Source: Elsinoe ampelina
Taxonomy: Eukaryota
Assembly (NCBI GenBank): GCA_010093995.1
Contig: ML992501.1
Coordinates: 1,580,566-1,644,565 of the forward strand
DNA length: 64,000 nt
Reading direction: 5' to 3'
Positions 25,732-36,405 of the stretch are shown one piece after another. The translations under genes were made by a program, and so were the position numbers. Position 1 is the stretch's first letter. The number at the start of each line of letters is the position of its first letter. Under the pieces are notes generated by a model. That model had not been told where the DNA came from. It searched no databases and saw only the letters and a program-made list of their open reading frames with translations.

Positions 25732-25782
25732 TCGGGATTGCCCGACATCGCTGCCAAGACGCTGCAGAACTGCTATCTATCT
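25732..25782. promoter_or_regulatory. UaY-type site TCGG-N6-CCGA plus GATA (AreA) sites in the allantoinase promoter
   Basis: TCGG-GATTGC-CCGA at 25732-25745. Overlapping CTATCT (AGATAG on minus) at 25773-25778 and 25777-25782. Confidence 0.7.
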
Positions 25783-25858
25783 CTCGCTCGTTTTGAGGGC
25801 ATACGTATATTCACCTGTCACTTCACATCTCGGGACCTGTTAGTGTTTGAGGATCGAC

Positions 25859-27292
25859 ATGGCTGCTGGATTGGTCCTGGTCTCATCACGAGCGGTGGTA
25901 GAAGGCAAAGTCGGGCCTGTGACGCTGGTCTTCAATCCAGCCTCAGGGAAGATACAAGAGGTTCACGATTCTGTTCTGCCACGCTCAAAGTTCCCGGAAA
26001 GCACAGAGTACATTGATCACTCTCCAAATCTTCTTTTGCCGGGTCTCGTCGATGCACACGTCCATCTCAACGAGCCAGGCCGCACAGAATGGGAGGGCTT
26101 CTGGACTGGAACACGAGCTGCAGCATTCGGCGGTGTAACTACTGTGATTGATATGCCGCTCAACTCGATTCCCCCAACCACTACCGTCGAGAACTTCAAC
26201 ACCAAGCTGGAAGCTGCTCGACCGCAGGTCTGGGTAGATGTAGGCTTCTGGGGTGGTATCATCCCTGGCAATGTTTCCTCCTTGAAACCGCTCATCGCTG
26301 CTGGTGTGCGTGGCTTCAAAGGGTTCATGATCGAGTCGGGGGTTGACGAATTCCCTTGCGTCTCTCCCTCGGACATTCGTTCCGTCCTGACCGAGCTGGC
26401 CGACTCAACGACCGTCGTCATGTTTCATGCTGAGCAAATGCCCGACACGCCTGTCGATGAGCCAACAGGACCACCAGATCATTATTCTACCTTCCTCTCA
26501 TCTCGGCCTGGCATCCTCGAGACCACTGCTATCAACACCATATTGGAGCTTGCGCCATTAGCTCCAGAGTTGCCTCTGCATGTAGTCCACCTCAGCGAAG
26601 TGGCTGCCATTCCGGCTCTCCGCGATGCTCGGGCCAAAGGCGCAAAGATTACTGCCGAGACCTGTTTCCACTACCTTTCTTTGACCGCAGAACAGATCCG
26701 AAATGGGGATACGCGATTCAAGTGCTGTCCACCTATCCGGAGCGGCAAGAATCAAGACACATTGTGGGACGAACTCAAGAAAACCGACAGCTGCATCCGG
26801 ACGGTTGTGAGCGATCATTCGCCATGCACTCCCGACCTCAAGATCTTACCGGGCAACATCCCTGGACATCTCCCGGACGCAGATGGCACGGGCGACTTCA
26901 TGAAAGCATGGGGCGGTGTGTCTTCCGTTGGCCTCGGCATCAGTATTCTCTGGTCAGAGAAAGACAAACGGTCATTCGGTATTGTGGACTTGGTGCGATG
27001 GTGTTGCGAACAGACTGCGAAGCACGTTGGACTGGAAGACAGAAAGGGGTTCTTGAGAAAGGGGTGGGATGCGGACATTGTTGTGTTTGACGACGAGGGG
27101 ACCTTTACTGTTCAGGAGGATAGCATGCTGTTCAAGAACAAATGTAGTGCTTACCAAGGAAAGAAACTACAGGGAGTGGTCAAGGAGACGTGGTTGAGAG
27201 GGAAGAGGATCCATAGCAGCGCCAAAGGCTTTGACAGGGAAGAGCCGAGTGGGCAGCTGCTGATTGAGCAGAGAAAGACGAAGCATGTGTGA
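25859..27292 (+). CDS. DAL1: Allantoinase (metal-dependent amidohydrolase)
   Basis: PGLVDAHVHLNEPGRTEWEGF, GGVTTVIDMPLNSIPPTT, HVVHLS, ETCFHYL, FKCCPPIR, VVSDHSPCTP. Confidence 0.95.
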   Translation: MAAGLVLVSSRAVVEGKVGPVTLVFNPASGKIQEVHDSVLPRSKFPESTEYIDHSPNLLLPGLVDAHVHLNEPGRTEWEGFWTGTRAAAFGGVTTVIDMPLNSIPPTTTVENFNTKLEAARPQVWVDVGFWGGIIPGNVSSLKPLIAAGVRGFKGFMIESGVDEFPCVSPSDIRSVLTELADSTTVVMFHAEQMPDTPVDEPTGPPDHYSTFLSSRPGILETTAINTILELAPLAPELPLHVVHLSEVAAIPALRDARAKGAKITAETCFHYLSLTAEQIRNGDTRFKCCPPIRSGKNQDTLWDELKKTDSCIRTVVSDHSPCTPDLKILPGNIPGHLPDADGTGDFMKAWGGVSSVGLGISILWSEKDKRSFGIVDLVRWCCEQTAKHVGLEDRKGFLRKGWDADIVVFDDEGTFTVQEDSMLFKNKCSAYQGKKLQGVVKETWLRGKRIHSSAKGFDREEPSGQLLIEQRKTKHV

Positions 27293-27691
27293 ACTAATCA
27301 AGATTCATCTACGCTTAATCAATGTCAATCATCACGTTGGAAACAGCTGAGCCGAGGTCGCTGGCCGTGTCCTGTGACCGCAACGCTTCGTTGTTCCATT
27401 CAAATCGAGCTTCTACAGCAACAACAGTTTTTGCCCTGCACCAACATCCAAGACTCTTAGGTAATTACTCGTTGGAAGTGGTTGAAGTAAAGGTGAGATC
27501 ATCCTGGTAGGTTGTCAGACCTTGTCATCATGGAACGCTACTAGCTAGCGCTGACGAGAGACTGTGTATGCACGTCAGGCTGGAGAGCTTCCGCGAGGTC
27601 CCAAGCTCCACGATAATACAGCTATGCAGGGATTATTATATAGCTCGCTGGAGTATTCCAATCGTAGTCTCCTCGAATCATCACAATCACG

Positions 27692-28729
27692 ATGTCTGGC
27701 TCTACAGTCCTCCTCACCGGCGCCTCCGGCCACGTTGGCTTCCGCACTCTACGCTTCCTGCTTCAGCATGGTTACAATGTCCGCGCTGTCATTCGCAGCC
27801 AGTCTAGCGGCGACAGCATCAAGAACAATCCCGCGTTGACAGAAGCCAACGACTCTAACCTCACGTTCATCACGGTCTCCGACTTCTCCGCCCCTGGCGC
27901 ATTCGACGCCGCCACACAGGGTGTAGCTTCCGTTGTCCATGTTGCCTCTCCCATTCCCGATGACAAATTCCGCGGACGTGACCTGGAGGCAGACATGGTT
28001 CGCCCCGCTGTCCAGGGCACGATCGGATTGTTCGAAAGCGCCCGCAAGTCCGGCACAGTCAAGAGGATCGTCGTCACTTCCTCAGCCGTCACCATCGCCC
28101 CCGTGCCAGTGCTGATGGGCCAGCCATCGGACGAGGTCTGGATCCCAGAATCATGGGGCGACGACATCCCGCCACCATACATGAATGAGCCTGGCGTAGC
28201 TTACATCGCAGCCAAGACCAACGCCAGGAGAGCAGCCGAGGAGTGGGTCAAAACGGAAAAGCCAGACTCTGATGCCATCCACATCTTCCCGACCTACGTC
28301 GTTGGCAGGAATGAGCAGACCAAGACCGTCGAAGAATTCAAGTACGGCTCCAACTGGATAGCGATCGGCACTATCCTCGGACACAAAGAGGAGCAAGCCA
28401 AGCCAGCCGTCGTCATCTCTCTGGACGACGTGGCTCTGGCTCACGTCCGAGCACTAGATCCCAAGGTCAAGGGGAACCAAAACTTCCTTCTGTCATCCGG
28501 GGAGAATATTCAGTGGGAGGATGCGAAGGATATCGTTAGGAAGCACTTCCCCAAGGAGGTCGAGCAGGGCTTGTTGCCACTTGATGGCTCGCAGTCTGGC
28601 GCCACTGCAAATATGGACTCGAGCAAGACGAGGGAACAGTTGGGGATTGAGTTTCAGAGCTTTGAGGAGCAGATTGTGGAGGTCATTTCGCATTACCTTG
28701 AGGTGTTGAAGAAGGAGAAGAAGCTGTGA
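27692..28729 (+). CDS. NAD(P)-dependent aldehyde/ketoreductase (extended SDR, Gre2/Ari1-like)
   Basis: LTGASGHVG Rossmann motif, HVASP, VKRIVVTSS, catalytic YIAAK. Confidence 0.92.
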   Translation: MSGSTVLLTGASGHVGFRTLRFLLQHGYNVRAVIRSQSSGDSIKNNPALTEANDSNLTFITVSDFSAPGAFDAATQGVASVVHVASPIPDDKFRGRDLEADMVRPAVQGTIGLFESARKSGTVKRIVVTSSAVTIAPVPVLMGQPSDEVWIPESWGDDIPPPYMNEPGVAYIAAKTNARRAAEEWVKTEKPDSDAIHIFPTYVVGRNEQTKTVEEFKYGSNWIAIGTILGHKEEQAKPAVVISLDDVALAHVRALDPKVKGNQNFLLSSGENIQWEDAKDIVRKHFPKEVEQGLLPLDGSQSGATANMDSSKTREQLGIEFQSFEEQIVEVISHYLEVLKKEKKL

Positions 28730-29787
28730 TGTAGCTCGATGTAGCCTGTGACCTCTGGTTTTAAGACTGTCGCCCAGGTAGCCGTGATGGCCTAAGTTAA
28801 CACAATGCGATCTGTCTCATGCATCCCATCGACGCCTAGTGACTTGATATCGGGCCGATGCTGCCAAAATGACTGTCTGAGCGCGTGCGAAGGGATGTAT
28901 AGTTCCAACGCGCGTGCATGTGTTAGTAGCTGGGCCCCGTGGATCGGACATGGCGATCACCCTTTATGCGCAGTCTGTGCTGCTGACATGCGCTGCTTAC
29001 ATGTTTCGAGCCCTCTCTATCATCGTGGTGCGGACGACGTACAGATCCATGTCTCGCATGGTAGGACATGCCGTCTTTTACTCACTGAACAGACTGTCGA
29101 GGGACGCGGTTAGAGATGAGAATGTCACAGCTTTGATGTGCATATCATCTGATACTCAGCTGGACGCGTGCCCTATCACGGGTGAGGTGTTGTCCCATTT
29201 ACTATTCTTGGATTGGCTGGCCTTGCCACGCTAACCCTTTCAGGAAAGAAGCAGAGCCGCGGCGGAATTGTTCTTTGTTCCCTTGCTTGCAATCTGCAAG
29301 ATCTCCTCGAAATCATTCGCTATGATATCGACACATGTTCCCGTGCGACTTATGGCTGCATTCTCCCGAGCTTCCGGAATTCCTGCAGCATGGGATGAGC
29401 TTGTAAGAAACCTCTGGCAGGCTGGCTAAAGCCATCTAGGACTCGCACAACATTTCTGCAATAAAGTGAAGACGACCAATGCAACACGGCAACCTATCCT
29501 AGCGTCCAAGCTTGTCTATCTGCTTACTGTCAAACACTCGGATTGTGCCGAAGGCTATGTGAGGTGTATCATTGGCCGCGATAATCTACGCGGCTGTCCC
29601 AGCGCCCAAACGACCTCGTGGAAGCTGACAGGGATCTGCTCACCTTGTCATTGGGCTCAACAGGTAAGCAAATCTTACTCGAGGCTTACTCCGTGGAATC
29701 TCTACTATAAGACAGTGTTGTATGCCGCAAGCAAAGCTTCTAGTTCACTATCATCCTCCAGTTGACGTGCTCACTTCTCATCCCACC

Positions 29788-31602
29788 ATGTCGTTCATCC
29801 TCTTCAGCCCAACCACCTATGTGGTGTGTGGCAGTATCGCGGCGCTATGCTTCCTCATCTATCGAGCGGCCACTCCAACACCATTCTCCAGTATCCCGTA
29901 TAGCAAGGAGTTTCGAAAGCCATTCGGCCATGCCGGTGAGATGATGGCCTGGTCCAAAGCAAATGAGACTGTATTCGACTGGATGGCTGCTCAAGGCAAG
30001 CGACTCAATTCTCCCATCTATCAGCTCTTCATCCAGCCTTTCAGCCGTCCGACTATCGTTGTCACCGATCCTCGCGAGATCCAGGATATCCTCGTACGCC
30101 GTCACCGCGAGTTCGACCGTGCAACATGGTTCACAGATCTCTTCATCGGCACCATCCCTGACCACCACATCGTCCAGCAGACCAATGACCGCTTTCGTGC
30201 TCAACGCAAGTTGCTTGCCGACACCATGACAACAGGTTTCCTTCATAGCGTCGCAGCTAAACACCTCCACGCCCAGACTGTCCACCTCATCAATCTCTGG
30301 AAGACCAAGGCCCGTCTCGCCGCCTCGCACCCCTTCGAAGCCTCCGACGATATTGCTCAAATGGCCATGGACAGTATCTGGGCGGTCGCTTTCGGTACCG
30401 ACATCAGCACCGTCAAGACACAAGACGCTCACCTCAACAATGTCCCTGCTCCTACCCTTCCCGCATCCGTCGACGAGCCCGTTACTTTCTCCCGACCTGA
30501 GTTGCCGGCCGCCTTCCACAGCATCATGTACCTCTCCGACGCCATCACCGCCGCCATCCGCTCTCCCCACCCTCGCCTCGGCCACTGGTGGCTGCGCCAG
30601 TCCTCCGCCTTCAAAGCTGCCAAGACACACAAAGACAAGCTCATCGCCGAACGTCTCGACGACGCCAAACGCCGCCTCCTCACCAAAGACGCCACCGACG
30701 ACATGATCCACTGCGCAACCGACAACATGGTCCGCCGCGAACAACAAGCCGCGGAGAAAGAATCCCGCGCACCCACCTACGACTCCCCCGCCGCCAAAGA
30801 CGAACTCATGGGCTTCCTCGTCGGCGGACACGACACCACCTCGACCACCGTCGCATGGGGCATGAAAATGCTCACCGACAACCCGACCAGCACCAACAAA
30901 CTCCGCGCCGTCCTCCGCGCCACCTTCCCCGACCAAATCAAGACCCACTGCCCCCCAACCGCAGAACAGATCGCGCGCGCCAACATCCCCTACCTCGACG
31001 CCACGATCGAAGAAATCCTCCGCCTCAGCCTCACGGCCCCGGGCGCCACGCGAAAAGCAACAGTCGACACGACGATCCTGGGCCACGCGGTGCCCAAGGG
31101 AACGGACGTGTTCCTGTTGACGAACGGGAGCGGGTACATCGAGGAAGATCGGTACGCAGGGTCGATCAAAGAGGAGGTGCGCAGCCAGAGCAGCCGGGAG
31201 GCCAAGGGGAAGACGGGGGCTTGGGGCAAGGACGCGGGCGAGTTCAGGCCGGAGAGGTGGTTGAAGGCGGACGGGCGGGGCGGGGTGGAGTATGATTCGC
31301 GAGCCGGGCCGATGCAGACTTTTGGTGGGGGGATTAGGGGTAAGTTCTCTTCGAACATGGGAGTTTCCCAGATGGCGGGGGGATTGAAGGCTGACGTGGC
31401 GACAGGTTGTTTCGGTAAGAGGCTTGCGTATCTTGAGATGAGGATTTTGTTCACGTTGGTACTGTGGGAGTTTGAGTTGATGGAGACGCCGAAGGAGCTG
31501 TCCGGGTATAAGGCGACGGATAATTTGACGCATAAGCCGAAGACGTGCTATATCAGGCCTGTGTCGTTGGCTGGGAGGAAGGACTCGGCGACCGAGGCTT
31601 AG
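29788..31602 (+). CDS. Cytochrome P450 monooxygenase; 1 in-frame intron (31340-31405)
   Basis: N-terminal TM anchor, I-helix GGHDTT, EEILR (ExxR), FRPERW. Removing the 66-nt GTAAGT...CTGAC...CAG intron restores the heme motif FGGGIRGCFG. Confidence 0.95.
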   Translation: MSFILFSPTTYVVCGSIAALCFLIYRAATPTPFSSIPYSKEFRKPFGHAGEMMAWSKANETVFDWMAAQGKRLNSPIYQLFIQPFSRPTIVVTDPREIQDILVRRHREFDRATWFTDLFIGTIPDHHIVQQTNDRFRAQRKLLADTMTTGFLHSVAAKHLHAQTVHLINLWKTKARLAASHPFEASDDIAQMAMDSIWAVAFGTDISTVKTQDAHLNNVPAPTLPASVDEPVTFSRPELPAAFHSIMYLSDAITAAIRSPHPRLGHWWLRQSSAFKAAKTHKDKLIAERLDDAKRRLLTKDATDDMIHCATDNMVRREQQAAEKESRAPTYDSPAAKDELMGFLVGGHDTTSTTVAWGMKMLTDNPTSTNKLRAVLRATFPDQIKTHCPPTAEQIARANIPYLDATIEEILRLSLTAPGATRKATVDTTILGHAVPKGTDVFLLTNGSGYIEEDRYAGSIKEEVRSQSSREAKGKTGAWGKDAGEFRPERWLKADGRGGVEYDSRAGPMQTFGGGIRGKFSSNMGVSQMAGGLKADVATGCFGKRLAYLEMRILFTLVLWEFELMETPKELSGYKATDNLTHKPKTCYIRPVSLAGRKDSATEA

Positions 31603-31865
31603 TGAGACACGTGATGACTGACTCATACACTATGCAGCGGAGCAATGGTGATATTCATGTGGAGGTGCGGGAGTTGGATGGTGTTACATTGGGGATTATG
31701 TACATGCTTATCGAACAGTGGTATGGTATATATCCAAGTCGTCATTCGTGGATTCGTGAGTGAGTCAAGCCTCCCTCAATGTCCGCGGCGGCATCTCCTT
31801 TCATGTCCTGATCTTCACGCCTTGGAATTCGGTCCCGTCATAGTGTTTGTGGGACGTGGTAGCAC

Positions 31866-32054
31866 TCAGTAATAGACCACCTTCTTCGTAGTGTACCCAG
31901 TCGTCCGGCTTGGATAGCTGTAGCGGACAGGTGTAGAACTTGTTCGGTAGGTGCGTACAGTCCTTCGCTTGGGCGCCGAGTAGTACGAAACGTGTCTAGG
32001 AGCCTCGTAGGCGGAGCGGGCGACATAGCCGCGACGTTCGGTGACGAAGCACAT
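31866..32054 (-). CDS. Arg/Tyr-rich microprotein (62 aa, MCF- start), putative paralog of 33419-33673
   Basis: ATG in good context (AAACATG), biased R/Y/S/T/P composition, and motifs shared with the neighbouring MCF ORF. Confidence 0.55.
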   Translation of the reverse strand: MCFVTERRGYVARSAYEAPRHVSYYSAPKRRTVRTYRTSSTPVRYSYPSRTTGYTTKKVVYY

Positions 32055-32548
32055 GTTTCCTCGGGTGTGTCTTGGGAGAGGGTGTACTGTCTTTCGTCAA
32101 GCCTGGAGTCTGGTCGTGTGGTACGTCGGTGCGAAAAAAGCTGAGGTATTATCCCGAAGTTGGCGATCAGGTGTGAGAAGGCTCGAGGCTGACTTTATTT
32201 GAGATCGTGAAAAGGGCGCAGCTGAGGTGTGGAAAGTAGGCAGAGCTAGAAAGGCGCTAGGTCCACGCCTTATAGTGCAGATATTGTACGAGCCCTACAG
32301 GGTGTCGCGATGGCTCGATGCATGTCATACTGCAGATACGAGAGGCTGGGAACCAGGGCAAGTTGATGTCGCCGGAAGATGCGACTGCGTTGCTCGAGCA
32401 AGAAAGTTGGATGCTGTGACGTCTGCCGCGGCGAACACGTGGGGCTGCCAGAGTCGCATCCCGGGTCTTGCATTTTTCATCAAGCTGACAAAGTCGTTGA
32501 TGTTATGAATGGTCAATCCATCTGATTGAGTGTGGAGAGTACTGTATC

Positions 32549-32788
32549 TCATCTTTCGATATGTCGGATCTCCATGCGCGACATGTCTCCAGTGCTGGCG
32601 ATGCCACCGGGATCTTGAGAGTTGATAGTCGCCCCGGAGCCGGCATCAGTAGCTGTTGTTCCTGGATACGGATTCCGGGTCGTGAGAGACACAGAATTTC
32701 CGTGCTGTATCAGCAGTGGCAGAGGTACTGCATAGATGCCTGACACCAAAAGCAATAACGTGAGCAGGGATGCCTGCAAAGACAACAT
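32549..32788 (-). CDS. Small secreted peptide precursor (79 aa)
   Basis: Signal peptide MLSLQASLLTLLLLVSGIYA followed by VPLP, a possible pro-segment ending LTTR, and a Cys-free G/S/T-rich tail. Confidence 0.6.
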   Translation of the reverse strand: MLSLQASLLTLLLLVSGIYAVPLPLLIQHGNSVSLTTRNPYPGTTATDAGSGATINSQDPGGIASTGDMSRMEIRHIER

Positions 32789-33418
32789 CGCTGCAGTGAA
32801 CGAGGATGTAAACAGGCCTATCCGGGATTCCTTCGAAGTGTGCTACTTTCCCAAGGCGTATTCACGTTTGTAAGACTGAATATCCGAGGTGCAGATAACA
32901 CATGATAAATAGCAGCGAATTCACCACTTCATGCTCTTCGGCTCAAGGCCTTTGAGGCTTCCGACATATCAGGTCTTGACAGCAGCCAGGCTATTCCTGC
33001 CCGTCCCTCATGCAAGTTCGCTTAAAATTGTCTTGTTCGACCAATTGCTCGATGGCAACTTGAGAATCAGCCTCACGGATCTCTCAGGGCCGTCTTCTGA
33101 CTGGAAGTAGACAGGGATATCCATCTCCCGAGGCTTCAGCTCGTAAGGCGGCCCCGGAAGCCCGAACCCTCCGGCCTGTTCCTGCATGCATGGGCGCTTG
33201 GCATGATGTCTAGGGCTCCTACCAGCAGATACTGGCCACGGGAGGTGTCTTAATGAGGATAGAGGTAGATTTGAATGGACGAATAGCCACTAACCATGCA
33301 GATACGGTACATTGCATACAATGTTCCTCCCAGCTACCAACTTTGATTGCGGTCCAAAAGGATGCAAACCATGTCCACGGCCAATAGTACATTGCAACAC
33401 GTCCTTCGCTTCCCAAGA

Positions 33419-33673
33419 CTACCTTAGATTCAGCTGTGGTGAGCATCCCTCAGCATCGACCCTCTTCGCAAGGCTCACCCAGCGTCGCCTCCCTCGTGAC
33501 CTGCCGTAGCCATAGCCTCCCCCGTATCGCGGAGCGCTGTATCGCGGAATGCCGCATGGTGGGGCGCTGTGTCGTTGAGCTTGATAAGTCCTCATAGGAG
33601 GGGCCTGGTGGACGATCGACTGTCGTGGAGCAAAGGCAGGGCCTGAAGCGTATCGTCGGCGGCCGAAGCACAT
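33419..33673 (-). CDS. Arg/Tyr/Gly-rich microprotein (MCFG- start; up to 84 aa, possible short 3' intron)
   Basis: CAAAATG context. MCFGRRRYAS...APR...RTY...YSAPRYGGGYGYGRSRGRRR shares motifs with 31866-32054. Confidence 0.55.
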   Translation of the reverse strand: MCFGRRRYASGPAFAPRQSIVHQAPPMRTYQAQRHSAPPCGIPRYSAPRYGGGYGYGRSRGRRRWVSLAKRVDAEGCSPQLNLR

Positions 33674-34901
33674 TTTGATGGCTGCGTTTGGTGAAGATAA
33701 GGTGGTGTCAAACGCACTGCGATTCGCGGACTTGGTTGTCAGGGCCTTCCTATGAAGTATGATATGTGGGAAGGTGCTTCGTTGCACGTGTAAGGATTGC
33801 TGATTGCGGTGGTGATAGCACGAAAGGAAATTGGGACCTATCATAATATACCGGTGGTCCATTCAGTATGCATCATGGGTGACTTGATCGTCGTGCACGT
33901 CTTCTCTCGGTCAAGAAGCGGCACGGTAGCATGGGCTCTTTTATAAGCTCTTGTTCATCACCTCTGAAGCTGCCGGATCAGGCGAACAGACGGCTCGAAA
34001 GATGACTTGGATGCGCAAAGCAGATGGCAGCTCGTCCTACCCTGACGCCGACGTTTCTGTGGCGTCAAACAGTCAGGAACCATCTTTCTACGCGTGTCAT
34101 TGGTAAACAATAAGGTTGGATACCAGGTTTCTTGAATGGTAGATCCTGGTGTAGGAGAATGTGAGAGTTTGTGACCTCGACGTGGGCAATGAACCAACGG
34201 GGATTTTTCGGGCACGAACTCTCGGATTCGAGAAGACGTGTCTGCTTCTTCACTTCCTATTTTATTGCCATCCATTGATATTAGACTTCTTTATGGTCCG
34301 CGTGGTTTCAGTCATCGAGAGATGGTTCGACCAAGCTCGCATGCATGCATGAAGCAAGGAGCTCCAACTGCCTTGATGTCAAGGTGTCGGCGACGTTACG
34401 TTATCACCAGGCAAAACAAAGCATCTTCTGATCCGACGGATGCAACCTTGAGGACAGAGCCGTCACAGCTATGCCTGCAGCTTTTCAAATCACTAATCTA
34501 CACCTATTGCACCATTAGAGCTGGACCCTCGAATAGTGATCACGCAGTTGCAAAATGCTGCGTTCGCAGACAGACTGCTATACAGGCCGATCAGTAATCC
34601 ATCAGCGATCACCAATAGATGTCCCAGTCTACTCATAGTCATGCTCAACAATGGCATATCCCTTGCGCACGCATGGCAATTCTGCTTGAGCGTACGTCCG
34701 CAACGTCTCCAAAGTGGTTCTTCGGAGGTAGGCCTGTTTCTGTTTACTGATGGAACTCGGCCGTAGACGTCTTGGCCGAGAGGGCCTGCACCTGCTGGCA
34801 AGACTTTATTAGCAGCTCGACGGTCTATTTTCTACTACTTCCAAGCCTTCCTTTGTATAAGTATTGCTCTTCAAGATCGAGGCCAGGCTAAGTACGACAT
34901 C

Positions 34902-36405
34902 ATGGGTGAAAAGGCGGACGAGCATACTGGAAGTGTCAGCGATTCGACTATGGTGGATTTGGAGAAGGCAGTCGAGGCACCCTCATCGCAAGCCAATACT
35001 TCTGGAGAAACAACATTGGATTGGGATGATCCAGCGAACAAACAGAACCCAACACACTGGCCATTGTGGATCAAAATAATCCACACCTTCATTCCGTGCT
35101 GTCTTTCGTTCACAATGTAAGCTACTCCGAGCGACACATTCATGCACTTCTGACCATGGCAGCACCTTTGCAACATCAGTAACAGTCCCAGCGACGAGAA
35201 TCCTTGCTCAAGACTTTGATCTGTCGAGAACATACAGCCTCCTGCCCCTTACTCTATACACTTTGGGCATTGGATTTGGACCGCTCTTCATTGCACCATT
35301 GAGCGAAGCATTCGGAAGAAAATGGATCTACATCTCCACACATCTGGTTTTTATGCTCTTCATCTTGGGGGCAGCCCTTAGTCCAACCTTCTCAGGCGTG
35401 CTTGCGTGTCGCTTTCTAGCTGGCTTCCTGGGATCCGCTGGTGTCGCCGTAGGAGCCGGAACTGCGACCGAGATCTGGCAACACCCATCGTCGAGAGGTA
35501 TCTCTGCTCTGTTGTTCATCCTCGGACCATTCCTAGGCCCGACGCTAGGCCCGCTCGCAGGTGCATACGTACTGGCAGGTCATGACAACAACTGGCGATG
35601 GACACAATATACCATTCTCGTCTTGAGCTTACCCATCTGGTGCGGACTCATCTGGATGCGTGAAACCCACAAAGCTACCATCCTCAAAGGCGCAGTGAAG
35701 ATGCCAGCCAAGCAAATATTACAGCTCATCAAGGGAGCGACCATCCGGCCCACGAAGATGCTCTTCACCGAGACTATTGTGGCTTCCCTCACACTCTACA
35801 CGGCCTACGCCTATGCCATGATCTTCTCCTTCTTCACATCCGTCTCCTACGTCCTACCATTGTATTACGGCTTCGATGGCCGCCAAGTCGGTCTGTCATT
35901 GCTCGCTGTCATCATCGGCTACTTACTTGCATCCTTGCTGTACGGCATCTTCGACAAGACTCTATACGTCAAAGCAGCCGCTCGGTCGCCCGACGGTATG
36001 GCGGCTCCCGAGCATCGACTCTACTCTGGTCTAGTTGGTAGCGTCCTCATCCCAGCCTCCTTGTTTTGGTATGCCTGGGAAGCACGACAGGGTGGAGACT
36101 GGGCACGTCTTGTAGCTGCGGGCATTCCATTTGGTCTAGGGTCGTTCAGCCTCTTCTTGTCTGCCATCACGTACCAAGCCGACGTCTACAAAGCTGGAGC
36201 AGCGGCGAGTGCACTAGCTGCGAACGGGACTCTGCGGTATACACTTGGTGCTGTCTTCCCGCTGTTCACAGTGCAGATGTACGAAAAGCTGGGCGTGCAG
36301 TGGGCTGGAAGTCTTTTCGCGTTCCTCAGCCTGGTGTTACTGCCGATTCCTTGGTTACTATTCAAGTACGGACCGAAATTGAGGGCGATGGACAGACGCT
36401 TTTGA
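34902..36405 (+). CDS. MFS transporter, DHA1-like 12-TM; 1 intron (35117-35162)
   Basis: WDDPANKQNPTHWP, GPLFIAPLSEAFGRK, RFLAGFLGS, GPTLGPLAG, WRWT, PEHRL, ASALAANGTLRY. Confidence 0.93.

Noticed and set aside
29845..31626. 593-aa antisense ORF over the P450 (likewise 4177-5148, 23825-25000, 11569-12432, 59305-60156)
   Set aside because: Shadow ORFs caused by GC-rich, C/G-skewed codon usage of the real gene; no recognisable domains.
33312..33509. Cys-rich ORF (CGPKGCKPCP) resembling a metallothionein or defensin
   Set aside because: No signal peptide, irregular Cys spacing, and it overlaps antisense to the better-supported MCFG microprotein.
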